From assembly GCA_000934665.2 (NCBI GenBank), contig KZ538565.1, forward strand, positions 62,001 to 120,465: a DNA stretch of 58,465 nucleotides, written 5' to 3'. The DNA comes from Catajapyx aquilonaris (Eukaryota). The notes under the pieces are model-generated. The model was not told the DNA's origin. It saw only the letters and a program-made list of their open reading frames with translations, and did not search any database. Shown in pieces: positions 13,150 through 25,549 of the stretch. Numbering within the stretch: position 1 is the first letter of the stretch; every line of letters starts with the position of its first letter. The translations under genes were made by a program, and so were the position numbers.

Positions 13150-14370
13150 TAGTGGTTATCAAAACTATTAGCTGCTAACATTATCAGGCAAATTGAATTG
13201 TAGTAAAGCTGCTAATTTTCAATAACTATTCTAGTAGCCAATTTACCAGAGTCAGTTTTCAGAAGCCATTTAGTAGTTAATGCTCAATAACTACCCTGAT
13301 ACCCAATTTAAATGGCTAATATTAGTAGCCGGTTTTCAATAGCTATGTAGTAGCTAATGTTCAATAACTTCCAGCACCTAATCTTCAATAACTTTTCTGC
13401 CAGCTAATTTTCCTGAGCTAATTTTAGTTGCCAATTTTCCGAAGCTATGTAGCAGCTAATGATCAATATAACTACTGGCATATAATTTTCAATAATTTCT
13501 CTGGAATAGCTAATTCTTAATAGCCATTTTGGTAGCCAATTTTAGAGCTACTTAGTAGCTAATGTTCAGTAACTGTTATGCCACCTAATTTTCAATAGCT
13601 TATCTGGCAGCTAATTTAAAAATTTCTATGGCTAATTTACGTACCCAATTTTCAATAGCTTTGTAGTAGCTAATGTTCAATAATTCTGGAACACAATTTT
13701 CAATAATTTCTATGGCACCGTAGCTAATTTTCAATAGCCATTTTGGTAGCCAATTTTAAAGAGCTACTTATAGCTAATGTTAAGTAACTGTTATGCCATC
13801 TGATTTTCAATAGCTTTTCTGGTAGCTAATTTTCAATGGCTAATTTAAGTAGCGTACCAAATTTTCAATAGCCAATTTTCAAAAGCTATGTAGTAGCTAA
13901 TGTTCAATAACTACTGGCACACCATTTTCAGTAACTTTTCTGGTAGCTAATTCTCAATGGCTAATTTTAGTAGCCATTTTCAATAGCCAATTTTCAAAAG
14001 CTATTTTGTAGCTAAAGTTCAGTAACTGTCGTGGCACCCAATTTTTGAATAACTCTTCTGGTAGCTAATAATAATTTTCAATTGTTAATTTGAGTAGGCA
14101 CTTTTCAATAGCCAATTTTCAAAAGCAATTTTGTAGCTAAAGTTCAGCAACTGTCCTGGAAGCCAATGTTCAGTAACTCTTCTGGTAGCTAATTCTCAAT
14201 GGCTAACATATATTAATTTTAGTATCCAATTTTCAAAAGCTACTTAGTAGCTAAAGTTCAGTAACTGTCCTGGAAGCCATTGTTCAGTAACTCTTCTGGT
14301 AGCTAATTTGAAATAACTGTTACGCCACCTAATTTCGATAGCCAATTTTCAACAGCTAATATCAGCTAGT
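13150..14370. repeat. Degenerate minisatellite array (TAGCTAATTTTCAATAGC / GTAGCTAATGTTCA)
   Basis: Dozens of visible copies ending about 350 nt upstream of the sbb acceptor at 14720. Confidence 0.85.
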
Positions 14371-14864
14371 CGTTTTCAAAGGAAAATTTTAATAACAGTA
14401 CTTTTCGGGCACTTGAAACCGCCGTTAGTCCCAGTGGTTACTTGGTAGCTACTATCTAATTCTGTCCCTGCGGCGTAGTGAGTGGGGGCCCCTCCAATTT
14501 GCATAGATCCCCAAGGAGACCGTGGCGTGGCCCAGCGCCAGGAAACACACATGCAAACTTGTGCAGGGGGAGAGACAGTTGGGGGTAATACCACACGCAC
14601 ACCTCCCCTCTCTCGTGACCCTATTTCCACCCGTGAGGTTCTGAAGGGTAATGGCCCGGTTAGGCAGTACCGTGGCAGGTTCACACGGGGACTGATGTTT
14701 TTGGTGTTTTTGTGTTGCAGGCGCTACCAGGATGGTAGAGGGCGTGGCTCTGAGACGCGGGTTGTGGCCGGTGGCGGCGGCAGCGTCGGGGAAGAGCGGG
14801 GCTCCGGGCTGTCATGGCTGATGGCCGGGGCGGACGCGGCGCCTCGTAGCGGCTGCGGGCCGCA

Positions 14865-16178
14865 ATGAACGAGAGTGGGCTGGAGGGCGGCCCCCGGGCG
14901 AAGGCGGCGGCGGCGGGGGCGAATAGGGCAGCGTCGACGGGCAGCACCGCGGCGACGGCCAGCGTGACCACGGCTGCCACGGCGGCAGCGGCGGCGGCGG
15001 CGGCCCTGGTTGCGGCCCGTGCGGACTCTACGGCCACGAACTTTGAGTACGACGACAATGAGTGGGACATCGGGATAGGCGACCTGATCATCGACCTAGA
15101 CGCGGACATCGAGAAAACGAACGAGCGGAACAACAACAGTGCCGCTGGATCGTTGCAGCAGACGCCCGGTTTCGCCATGTCCGGCACCGGCGGGAAGAGC
15201 AAGATGGTGTCTGTGGCCGCTGCAGCTGCGGCGGCCGCGGCTGCAGCAGCCTCAGTGGACCACGCCCCGGTCAACAAGGGCAACCTGAAGATGAAAATCA
15301 AGCGGACCAAGCCTGGGAGCAAGAGCTCGGAAGCCAAGCACGAGATAGTCAAATCGGACGTGGTAGTGCCACAGGCGACTCAGCAGCCGCCCGGGGGCAG
15401 CGCCCCTGCCCCTGGGGCTGCCCCGACGGGCGCGACCAAAACGGTGTGCCTGGAAAGCCTAAACGGATCTTCCACTGGGAACGGTTCCCACCTGAACGAA
15501 GTGGAAGTTGCCAGTGGTAGTGCCGGAAGTGGAAGCAGCAGCAGCAGCAGCGGTGGTGGTGGAGGTGGTGGTAGTGGTGGTGGTGGTGGGAGCAGCAGTG
15601 GCAGCAGCAGCAGTAGTAGCAGCAGCAGTGGTAGTGCGGCAGCAGTCAAGCCCTCGAAGCACCAGTCGAGCAAGCGGGGCTCGAGCGGGCACAAGAAGGA
15701 CAAGTCTAAAGAGAAGCACCCGGAGAAACCCCGTGAAATCAATGGTGTGTTGGCACCCGCTGCCAGTGGCACCCCAAGTGCTTCCATGGCCGGGCTGAAA
15801 ATAAGCCCGGGAGTGACAGTGGCCGCTACCAGTACCACCACGGCTCTGATAATGCGGACGAGCGTCACCACCACAGCCACATGCACCACAACCACCGTCA
15901 CCGCCACTGTCAACCACACGAGTGCCAGTGCCGCGAGTGGTACCACCACTGTGAGTGCAACCCCAAGTGCTGCCCCGCCTCCCAGTGCCGCGAGTGCCAA
16001 TGGAGCCAGTGCTACCACACCCCCGGCACCCCCTACACCTGTGAGTGCTACCAGTGCGCCAGTGGTCAAAATGGAGGCCAAGTTGTTGGTACCCTTTTCG
16101 GCCAAAACTACCGAGGATCTCAGCCCTCCTCCGAGCAAGAAGGCCAAGACAGGGGTCGGCGCCCTCAGCTTCGATAAG
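14865..16178 (+). CDS. sbb: brakeless/scribbler (ZNF608/609 family) coding exon 1; exon begins at 14721 with 5'UTR
   Basis: Conserved N-terminal motif NFEYDDNEWDIGIGDLIIDLDADIEK followed by GNLKMKIKR. Acceptor TTGCAG ends at 14720; donor AAG|GTGAGA at 16178/16179. 1314 nt, phase 0. Confidence 0.93.
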
Positions 16179-16624
16179 GTGAGAAACTCGACGGAAACTC
16201 ATTCGGCCGAACGCGGTCACGTTCCTTCCTCCAGGCGGATCGGATTGACCTCCATAGGGGTCAGTGCATTCACACGGATCACGTTCCAACCGAGATAAGG
16301 AAACGCTGATAACACCAAGTGTCCCAGGAAGCGACAGATTATTACATGCTCACCAATTTTTTTATATATATGTAATATAATAAAGGGGCGTAGCTCGTTT
16401 CACCTAATGGAGCCGTGAACCACCAGCTTTTATAAATCAACTTGGCGCATTATGTTGTCAGATTATAATCGCCTGGTATTGTAATGTATTGCTGGTTTTT
16501 TTTATATCAATTTAACGGGGCGGGTTTTGCGCAAGTGAAATGCACCTGTTGGTACTTGCTTGTACTAACGGTGTCAATCTTTTTGATCGGTATAGTACCT
16601 GATCGTATTTGAGGAAGTGACCGT

Positions 16625-17275
16625 GACAATCTAGAACAAGGGATTAATTCGACAGTATAAACAATGGTAAACATAGAACAAGTTGTTAAATCGTGGGTGG
16701 TAAATGTAGAACAAGTTAATTCGTGGGTGGTAAATCTAGAACAAGGTTAATTTCGACAATATTATCGATGATATACCCAGAACAAGTTGTTCAGTGTGCA
16801 CCATCGGTAGTAAATCTAGTTAACAAAGGATTGATTCGGCATTGTAACGGATGGTATATCCAGAACAAGTTCATACAATATGCATGAGTGGTAGTGAATC
16901 TAGAACAGGGTTAATCCCACAATATAAATGATGGTAAACCCAGAACAAGTAGTTATGTGTGCATGATCCATAGTAAATCTAGCACAAGGAGTTAATTCGG
17001 CATGATAAACGGCGGTAAACCCAGAACTAGTTGTTCTGCGTGCATGATCGGTAGTAAATTTAAAACAAGGGGTTAATTCGGAATAATAAACGATGGATAA
17101 CTATAGTTGTTCAATATATGATTGGCAGTAAATCAGGAACAACAGGTCAATTCGGCATATACATGAACGATGGTAAACCCCGAACAAGTTGTTTTGTGTG
17201 CATGATCGATAGTAAATTTAGAACCACGGGTTAAATCGGTATGAACGATTGTAAATCCAGAACTAGTTCAATAAA
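16625..17275. repeat. Degenerate array (GGTAAATCTAGAACAAG / AACCCAGAACAAG, ~40-45-bp subunits)
   Basis: (T/C)AGAACAAG recurs more than ten times. Confidence 0.8.
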
Positions 17276-17944
17276 TGAAGTAATTCAGATTTTAATCATA
17301 ATCGGAAACTAATGGGCCATTTGCATTATAACAAATTAATGAAAAATCATCGATTCTCACTATTTAATCGTCCATTTTTCTACGTGTGTAGCTACAAGCG
17401 GTCACTTCCACGTATTTCCAACCCTGATAAAGTAAACGTTATCCGCTATTTTTGAAATCGCTACTCAGATAGGATCCGGCTTGATTTAGTAACCAGTACA
17501 AGTCCGGCGAAAACCATTGTTATTCATGGCCTCTTTGAATAAACCAATAGTTTTGTTGTTGTTGCAATGGTCCCAAAATAGGGGAAGTTTTTTGTGTGTG
17601 ACTTATTTACTCACGGTTTTTTTTGTACGTGAGATAAGCAGTTTTTCAACCGTGGTGAGGTTAATAATGCATCCACCCTATTTCGGATTGTTGAATAGAG
17701 CGACGTAGGGTCGATTGTTATCAGACAGATGGGGTGGGGGGTAGGACATTAACAAGTCATGCTCGTTGCACATACGTCAATAATAGCTGGGGGTATGCTC
17801 ATGCCGTGACTGCTTGATTGTTGGGTCAATTCCGGTTGTAAATATGTGGATGTCACTGGGCGTGACATGAGCAGGCCGACGTGACGTGTCACACGTGTGC
17901 ATGCATTTTACTTGGGAAAGATTGTTAAATAATTTCACGCTCTG

Positions 17945-19000
17945 TCCAGATTTGTGATTCAGTACAGTGTACTGACTCAATGATCCGGACCCAGTCTGAG
18001 CCAATACACTTGCCCAACAGCCATTGTACTGGCTCAAACCGTGGCCTGAATTTTGAGCCAGTACAAAGGCCCATGATCCGGATTAGTACAGTGTACTGGC
18101 TCAAAAATTCGAACCCGGTCTGGGCCAGTACAATGGCCCGGACTAGTCCGGATTTGTGAGTCAGCATAGTGTACTGGTTCTATGATCCGGACCCTGAGTC
18201 AATATAAGTGCCCAACATCCACTGTACTGGCTCAAACCGGGGCCTGAATTTTGAGCCAGTACAATGGCCCATGATCTGGAGTAGTACAGTGTACTGGCTC
18301 CGAATCCGGGCTCGGTCTGAGCCAGTACAGTGCGCTAGTCCGGATCATGGGCCACTGTACTGGCTCACAAATCCGGACTAGTACGGTGTACTGGCTCAAA
18401 GATTCCGTCCAGGTCTGACTGTCTGAGCCAGTACAGGATATGGAGTAGTCAGGATTTGTGAGTCAGTAGTGTCCCAAGATCCGGACTATTCACTGTACTG
18501 GCTCCAGGTTTGAGCCAGTACACTGGCCCAGAGATGGGCTCCGGATTTGTGAGTCAGTAGTGTCCCAAGATCCGGACTATTCACTGTACTGGCTCAAATC
18601 CAGACCAGGTTTGAGCCAGTACATTGGTCCAGAGATGGACTCCGGATTTGTGAGTCAGTACAGTGGCCCAAGATCAAGACTATTCACTGTACTGGCTCAA
18701 AAATCTTTGCCAGTTCAAGATATGAACTATTCCGGATTTGTGAGCCACAACAGTGAATAGTCCGAATGTTGGGCCACTGTACTGGCTCACAAATGCAGAC
18801 CAATCCAGATCTCTAGTCCAATGTACTGGTTCAGAACTGGCCCGGATTTTTGAGCCAGTACAGTGGCCCAACATCCGGGCTAGTCCATTGTACTGGCCCA
18901 CGGCACCAGGTGTGAACCAGTACAATTACCCGGATTAACTGTACTGGCCCACCACCAGGTGTGAGCCAGTACAAGGACCCAGATTGCAACGTACTGGCAC
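17945..19000. repeat. Mixed-orientation array of GTACTGGCTC/GAGCCAGTAC with TCCGGA spacers
   Basis: The motif and its reverse complement alternate throughout; internal duplication about 18455-18540 vs 18543-18640. Confidence 0.88.
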
Positions 19001-19434
19001 GTGCAAGACCTAATCATACATTCTCCTTATCCGGCTGATAGATAATTAATAGAACTAGTAGATAAGCACTTTTTTTCTATTTATTTTGCGATTAATGTTT
19101 TGAAAAACTAGCAGATGACAGTGTGCATGTCGGGAGGAGCCAGCACGACAGTTATATAAAAAAATGAAATGTATGGAACAAGAGGGGTGCACCCAACACC
19201 TGTTCCGGAACATGTCCCCCCCCCCCCCNNNNNNNNNNNNNNNNNNNNNNNNNNNNNNNNNNNNNNNNNNNNNNNNNNNNNNNNNNNNNNNNNNNNNNNN
19301 NNNNNNNNNNNNNNNNNNNNNNNNNNNNNNNNNNNNNNNNNNNNNNNNNNNNNNNNNNNNNNNNNNNNNNNNNNNNNNNNNNNNNNGGGGGGGGGGGGGA
19401 GGGGGAAATAAGGTTGGAATTTAAATAGTTTATA

Positions 19435-20420
19435 GAGATATATCGATACGACCGATGCTGAGAAAAAAAAAGAACTTTTTCAATTTTTTACAAATTAATA
19501 TTAGTTATTTTAATAGTTTGGAAACATCGGGATAGTGTGATATATCGATACGGACGATGCAAGGAAAATAAGTACGTAATGAATTTGTCAAATATTAGTT
19601 TAAATATTTTTTGGGGGGAAACATAGGTATGATGTGATATAACGATACGGACGATGCAGAACAAAAAAAGGCGCGACTTTTTCAATATAATTTTACAAAT
19701 TATATAGTGTATATTTAAATATATTGGCAAGATACGTATGGTGTCATATATCGATATGACCCGATGCTGAGCAGAAAAGGCGCAAATTTTTTCAAATGTT
19801 TAAAATATTTTACAAACATGTGATATATCGATACGGGCGATGCGGACTAAAAAGTCGTAACTTTTAATGTTCCTGACAACGCGTATTTTCATTAAATAAA
19901 TTTGTTTTGAAAAAAAAGGGAATCACGTGTGATGTCATATCGATACGGCCGATACTGAGCAAAAAATGTATTTTTCAAACATTTAAAAAAATGTTTAAAT
20001 AAATATTTTGGAAACGTGATATTGATGCGGACGATACTGAGCAAAAGTGACTTCTAATTACAATATTAAATATATTGTTAGTTTTTTGGAAATATATCGA
20101 TACGGACGATGATGCGCGGAAAAAGACGTAACTTGTTACAAATTAATATTACTTATTTCAATAGCTTGGAAGCAGATACGTAGCCTACGATGTGACATAT
20201 CGATACATCCGATACTGAGCAAAAAAAAAAATGTAGCCAATTTTTCTAAAATTAAAAATATGGTCAAAAGATTTTGGAAATAGGCGCGTATAATATCGAT
20301 ACGGACGATTCTGAACAAAAAAAAAGACGTATTTTAAATTACAATATGATTTAACAATGCTTTTTTCGGGGGGAAATATATCGATACTGACGATTCTAAG
20401 CAACAAAGACGTGATTTTTC
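19435..20420. repeat. Array of ATATCGATACGGACGAT units with ~100-bp period
   Basis: TATCGATAC or close variants recur roughly every 80-110 bp. Confidence 0.8.
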
Positions 20421-23119
20421 AAATTTTTGCCATAAATTAGTTATAATATGATTTTTTTCAATAGTTTGACGTATGATGTGTACTATCTGACGTGGGTATA
20501 TGTAATTGCGGATTTGCATTACACATCTGGCATGTTCCGTGCTGGAAGCTAATAATGACACGCCTGCTACTTTTTATTGCATGGCTAGACATCTGGCATG
20601 TTGGTGCAATGTGGCACGTACTTTGCAGTACCGAGACTCTTTGCACACGTAAAGTTATTTAAAAAAAAAAAAGCCAAGGAGAATACCCGGAAATGTAATA
20701 CAGCAATTGTGTATTTTTTTTGCGAGGTTGCCACATTTTAAATTTCTCGGCCTAGTTAATAAATAGGACATGGTTGTAAACTAGGCCTGAGCGCCCTTGA
20801 TTCTTGTTGCGCAGTGGGTGTTGAAAAATAGAGTTTCATAGAGCTAGTTGGTTGACGCTGTAGTTGAGCAACATAAGGTAAAATATTTACAGACGTAACT
20901 ATCGGCCTTGTACAGGCAGCATAAAAAAAGTTGGTTTACGATAGTTTTTGCACAATTTTATGAGCTGAAGGTTGCTAATATTAGATGACATATGTTAGGT
21001 GTAAATACGATGTACACGTATAATTTGACGTATTAAAAAAACATCCAGTACGTGCATACTATTTATTTCAAGATTTATTCACCACACTGTTGTTTTATTT
21101 ACACTTCTCAAAATATTTTATACACTTAGGAATTATTTTTTTTAAACCAAAGAATTATTTTTATGAACCATGGAAATATTTTAATGGACCATGGAAATAT
21201 TTAATGGAGCTGGTAAATATATTAATTCACTTACAGTTAGTTAATATTTAATGCACCTAGTAGTAATTTTTATATGCGCCTAGTAAATGTATTTACGAGT
21301 TAATATACCGGTACTGTATTAGTTTCATAGTTATGTTAACATGTTATGGGTCTAATAATATTTTTATGCACCATGGAAATATTAATGCACCTGGTAAATA
21401 TTTTTATTCGCGTAGTTAATATTTAATGCAACGAGTAGTTATTTTTATGCACTAGTAAATAGCTTTACCAGTTAATATATTAGTTTAATAGTTAACGCGT
21501 GAATGCGCCTAGTAATATTTTTTGTACCACGGAAACAATGCACCTAGTAAATGCTTTTATTAATGCAACTAGCAGTTATTTTTATTCATCGAGTAAGTTT
21601 TACAGTCTATTAAATATATTGAACCAATTAATATATTAGTTTAAGTTATGGTAATATATTATGCGCCTTGTAAATATTTTAATGCATCAATATCAGTTGT
21701 ATGAAACATAGCTAAAATAGCCAATTAGTACATAATATTAATATTTTCTTAATTTGTGTTCAAGCTGCTTAATATGCGATTTTAATCATAGGTGTACACC
21801 TGTAGATAAAGAGTTACATGCATGTTGATAGCGATTTTGATCAAGGTTGGCATAACCTTGTTTTTGATTGGCGTTAAGGATCGGTAATTTGTTAAGTGCT
21901 ATCGGATCATCGTGATAGTTCAATATAAAATAGTTAATTTGTCGAGCCTATTTTGTAGAATGTCTATAACTTACTAGCCTGATAGCCTATAGAACCTTGC
22001 AGTAAACAAACCGGGACTGTAACAAACGCAATCATTGTCATAAATAAATCAGGCGCACTACAGTAGTTTTGGGGCCACAATGAAACCCCAAGTTATAATC
22101 CAATATCCTTTTATTGGCATGGAATATAGTTGGGGAGCTATTTTGTCAATCTGTTTATATAGTCTATGCTAGAAGATGGGATTGACCACACAATCTGATT
22201 ATAGCAAACCATGTTACATGATAAAACTGCCATTCAAATAGTGATGAACTATTCAAAATTGTTTAAAAATTCGAGGGGATAACTCGTAAAATAACTAAAT
22301 AACTGGAATAGCTAACTTAAATAATGGACTAAATTAAAATGGTGAGTGTGAACTAACTCAAATAACTATAGTTATTTTAGTTGAGTTCATTTTAGCTACT
22401 TCAGTTCATTTAAGTTACAACTACTAAACGGCTAAAATGAACTAAAATAGCTAAAATAATTAAATAAATAAAATTGTGATTAACTAAAATAACTAATCTA
22501 AATTTCTTAACTGAAATTGCTAAAATGAGCTAACTAACTAAATGCGATGTCCAATTTTTAATTTTGAAGTGAAATGAACATGTAGTTATTCAGTTATGTA
22601 ATATTGTGATTGTTGCACAGGTTTATTTTTTAAAATGGACTTATCAGAACAATTAAGAGAGTATGACCTCCCCCCATATGATTTGATGAGTCATTGTGCG
22701 CACCCGGCTTGAGTAAGTCATTAATCCTCCCACCGGAAGATGTAATTAATGTCATCAGCTGCTCAACGAGCTGCTGGAAATCAAGCGATAACAATCGAGG
22801 CAACAAGGTCTGTCCTTCCTTTTCCCTTCCAATGGGAAATGGGGGTGGCGAGGGGGGGGGGGGGNGGGGGGGGGGGGGGGGGGTTGGACATGAAGGATTT
22901 TCGCTTTCACCTCATTCATTAACAGTAAGTACTGTCCTACGTGACTGTACTGCAAGCTACTGTACACTCGTGCACTTGAATATGCTATGAGATACTGTAC
23001 ATTATTAAACGTCCCAGCTCATTAGTGAGAAATTGCACGTTCTGCACATTCAGACATATACGTTAGCTTATAATACGTCATCTTAGCTAATACTTTTGAT
23101 ATGTACAGTATTTATACCA

Positions 23120-23356
23120 CATTGGGAGAATTGGCGCTCCATTAGGGCGGTGGAGTACCACCATTGGATGGGGTCAAAGATAGGGAGGGAAGGAAGCGGC
23201 TGTAGTCTATTATACGGAAGCGACCCCGGAATTATCCTGGGAGGACTGTGGAAAACCACAGAAATGCATGGTCAGGGTTGCCGGCCCCTGGGCTCGAACC
23301 CAGGACCTCCCGATTAGCAGTCGGGCTCCTTAACCACCACACCAACTTGCTCCGGT
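23120..23356 (-). mobile_element. tRNA-derived SINE copy
   Basis: The minus-strand head has an A-box-like TGGTGTGGTGG, a stem-loop CCCGA-CTGCTAA-TCGGG and a B box GGTTCGAGCCC. A non-tRNA body follows (...GTGGTTTTCCACAGTCCTCCCAGGATAATTCCGGGG...). No acceptor stem forms, so it is not a tRNA gene. The 3' boundary is approximate. Confidence 0.75.
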
Positions 23357-23790
23357 TTCTGATATGTATTAAATATATTAAAAATATGTGCTGAAATATA
23401 TAATAAACCATTTAATAAGTATGTAAATAATTTATATAAATATAGTTTAAATAGTTTTGGTATGATTGTTAAAGTAGTTAAAACAAAATAGTTTAAGTGA
23501 AATTTTATAATTGTTAATAAATAATAGTTTATTTTATTTTAATTTAATTTATTTACGTTAGCCCATTCTAGAGGTGGGCCCTTTCAGGGGGGAATAAATA
23601 ATAGTTTAAATGGTTAAAATAGTTTATAATCATTAAACTAAAAATAGTTGAAACATTAACGCAAGTTAATAAGTTACAAACATCGATGCAATTTTAACCA
23701 TCATTTATTTTAACTCTATACTATTAATCTATTTAATTTTATATTAACTATTACATAACTGTTTAGCGACACTTACACTGTTATAACACT

Positions 23791-23945
23791 ATTATTTGTT
23801 TTAACTATTTAACTTATTTGTTTTAACTATTTAACTTATTTGTTTTAACTATTTAACTTATTTGTTTTAACTATTTAACTTATTTGTTTTAACTATTTAA
23901 CTTATTTGTTTTAACCATTTAACTTATTTGTTTCAACTATTATTT
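23791..23945. repeat. 22-bp tandem repeat TTATTTGTTTTAACTATTTAAC, about 7 copies, within a larger AT-rich TTAACTA array
   Basis: Near-perfect copies directly visible. Confidence 0.92.
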
Positions 23946-24063
23946 AGTTTAACGACTATATATAACTTCATTTTAACTATAACGTGCTTCAACTATTTTA
24001 ACTAGTATGTTTCAACTATTTATTTTACCGATTACACCAAGTACTACATGACTATTTTAACTA

Positions 24064-24221
24064 CAGCTGAATCCGGATATAACAGCCTCGGCTATAACAG
24101 ACTTTCGGTTATAACCGACTCGAAAGGGCCGTCCATTCATATTTTTATATGGTTTGTGTATTCGGCTATAACAGACCGATTTTCTCGGTCCCTTGAAGTC
24201 TGTTATATCCGGATTTAACTA
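24064..24221. mobile_element. Tc1/mariner/pogo-type MITE
   Basis: TA|CAGCTGAATCCGGATATAACAG ... CTGTTATATCCGGATTTAACT inverted ends. A partial second copy of the left end lies at about 58205-58250. Confidence 0.75.
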
Positions 24222-25139
24222 TTTTAATTATTTATGTTACCTTATTCAATCATATTTGAAAATATATTTTTATATAAATTTTATTAATTACAAATATTAA
24301 TAGACACTTGGGTAAAACGTGGTTGTGTGAACGGGTCTCGATAAAACGCGCGTAAAAAACGTTTGACAAATGACTTGGCGCGTAAAAAACGCGTTGACGG
24401 AATGAAGTGTCTTGTTTTTGAAAATAAACCATTTTGTTAACGTTTATGCAACATTTTGGGAGGAAGTTGTAATACTTGGCAACGTTCAGGATTGTGTGCA
24501 GGGTTGCCAAGAGATGCGTCCCACGCATTTAGGGTGACGGTGCGTAGGCAGCGCAAATTAATTAACGCAAAATGCCACCGCTTCAAAGCGACGCCCAAAG
24601 CTTATTGTTTGTTTATGCCTCGCGTGGGAGACACAACATGTAAACAACAGATGTATATCGCTGCCGCTGCCGTTATGCAAATTGTAGTACTTCGCAATTT
24701 TCATTTTTTTAAAAAGTAAAGAAAACAGTGCAGACCATGGTTCAGACCTTGCACTGAATGGCCTTGAGCCAAATTTGCATACAAAATATAATTAATTTTC
24801 AATAAAGCCAATTTGATCTGCATTTGATTGTTTCCAAATCTTGCTGCCATTTTGGATCCAATATGGCAGCGTGAAATCCAGTTTTTGACACGCGATTGGA
24901 CATGGTCGCGTGGATTACTACGAGGAAGTAATTTATCCCCGCTTTCACAACTCGGCTGATTTCCCAACGATGGGTAATTAGTCACAATAATGGCCAGGTA
25001 TAAATAAGGCTCATAAGGAAGTGTCTGTTCATTTTTGTTGAGAAAAACAACATCAACCTGGCTCACCAGGTGTCAATAGTTGCAACAATACAATCAACTA
25101 TCTATAATATTAAAATCCTTGCGGGAGTTGGCCGAGCCC

Positions 25140-25549
25140 TCTGATTGGTCCGCCGCATATTGTTACCGCCACCTCCCCATTGGCCCGCGTTCTACTCATG
25201 CGCAATGGGGGTGTAAACAACTCCTCTGTTAGGTTACCGGGGAAACTGTACATGTATTTTAAATACTTGCGTTGTTTGTATAAGCATTATGATTGGTCCT
25301 CCGCATATTGTTGTTGTTGCCACGCTTCCGATTGGCCCCCGTCTATTGTTACCGCGATGCTTCGATTGGCCCCCGTTTAGCGCATGCGCAATGGGTGGAT
25401 GAACTCCTCAGTCGCTAGCTGGCTGTCGACAACTCAACACCACGTGTCGTCTCTCCCGTCATGATTAGATTGATGCTATAATTGATTGCGATTAACAATA
25501 TGGCCTCCACTCAGACCGCAGGCCTAGGAAAAAAGCGATCAAAGTGAGT
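25140..25549 (+). promoter_or_regulatory. Candidate internal promoter and alternative first exon of sbb
   Basis: Five ATTGG (reverse CCAAT) boxes at 25144, 25179, 25292, 25331 and 25365. NRF1/EWG palindrome GCGCATGCGC at 25380-25389, Inr TCAGTC at 25408-25413, ATG at 25500 and donor AA|GTGAGT at 25543/25544. Confidence 0.45.

Noticed and set aside
14681..16289. Long antisense and alternative-frame ORFs (223, 255, 276, 152 aa)
   Set aside because: Shadows of the GC-rich, low-complexity sbb exon 1.
16179..16298. ORF extension VRNSTETH...FQPR
   Set aside because: Read-through past a strong donor (AAG|GTGAGA) into intron 1; the phase-0 join to exon 2 restores conserved sequence.
8355..19000. 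CRISPR-like appearance of the 59-bp, GTACTGGCTC and similar arrays
   Set aside because: Eukaryotic context, no unique spacers of constant length and no cas genes; these are tandem repeats.
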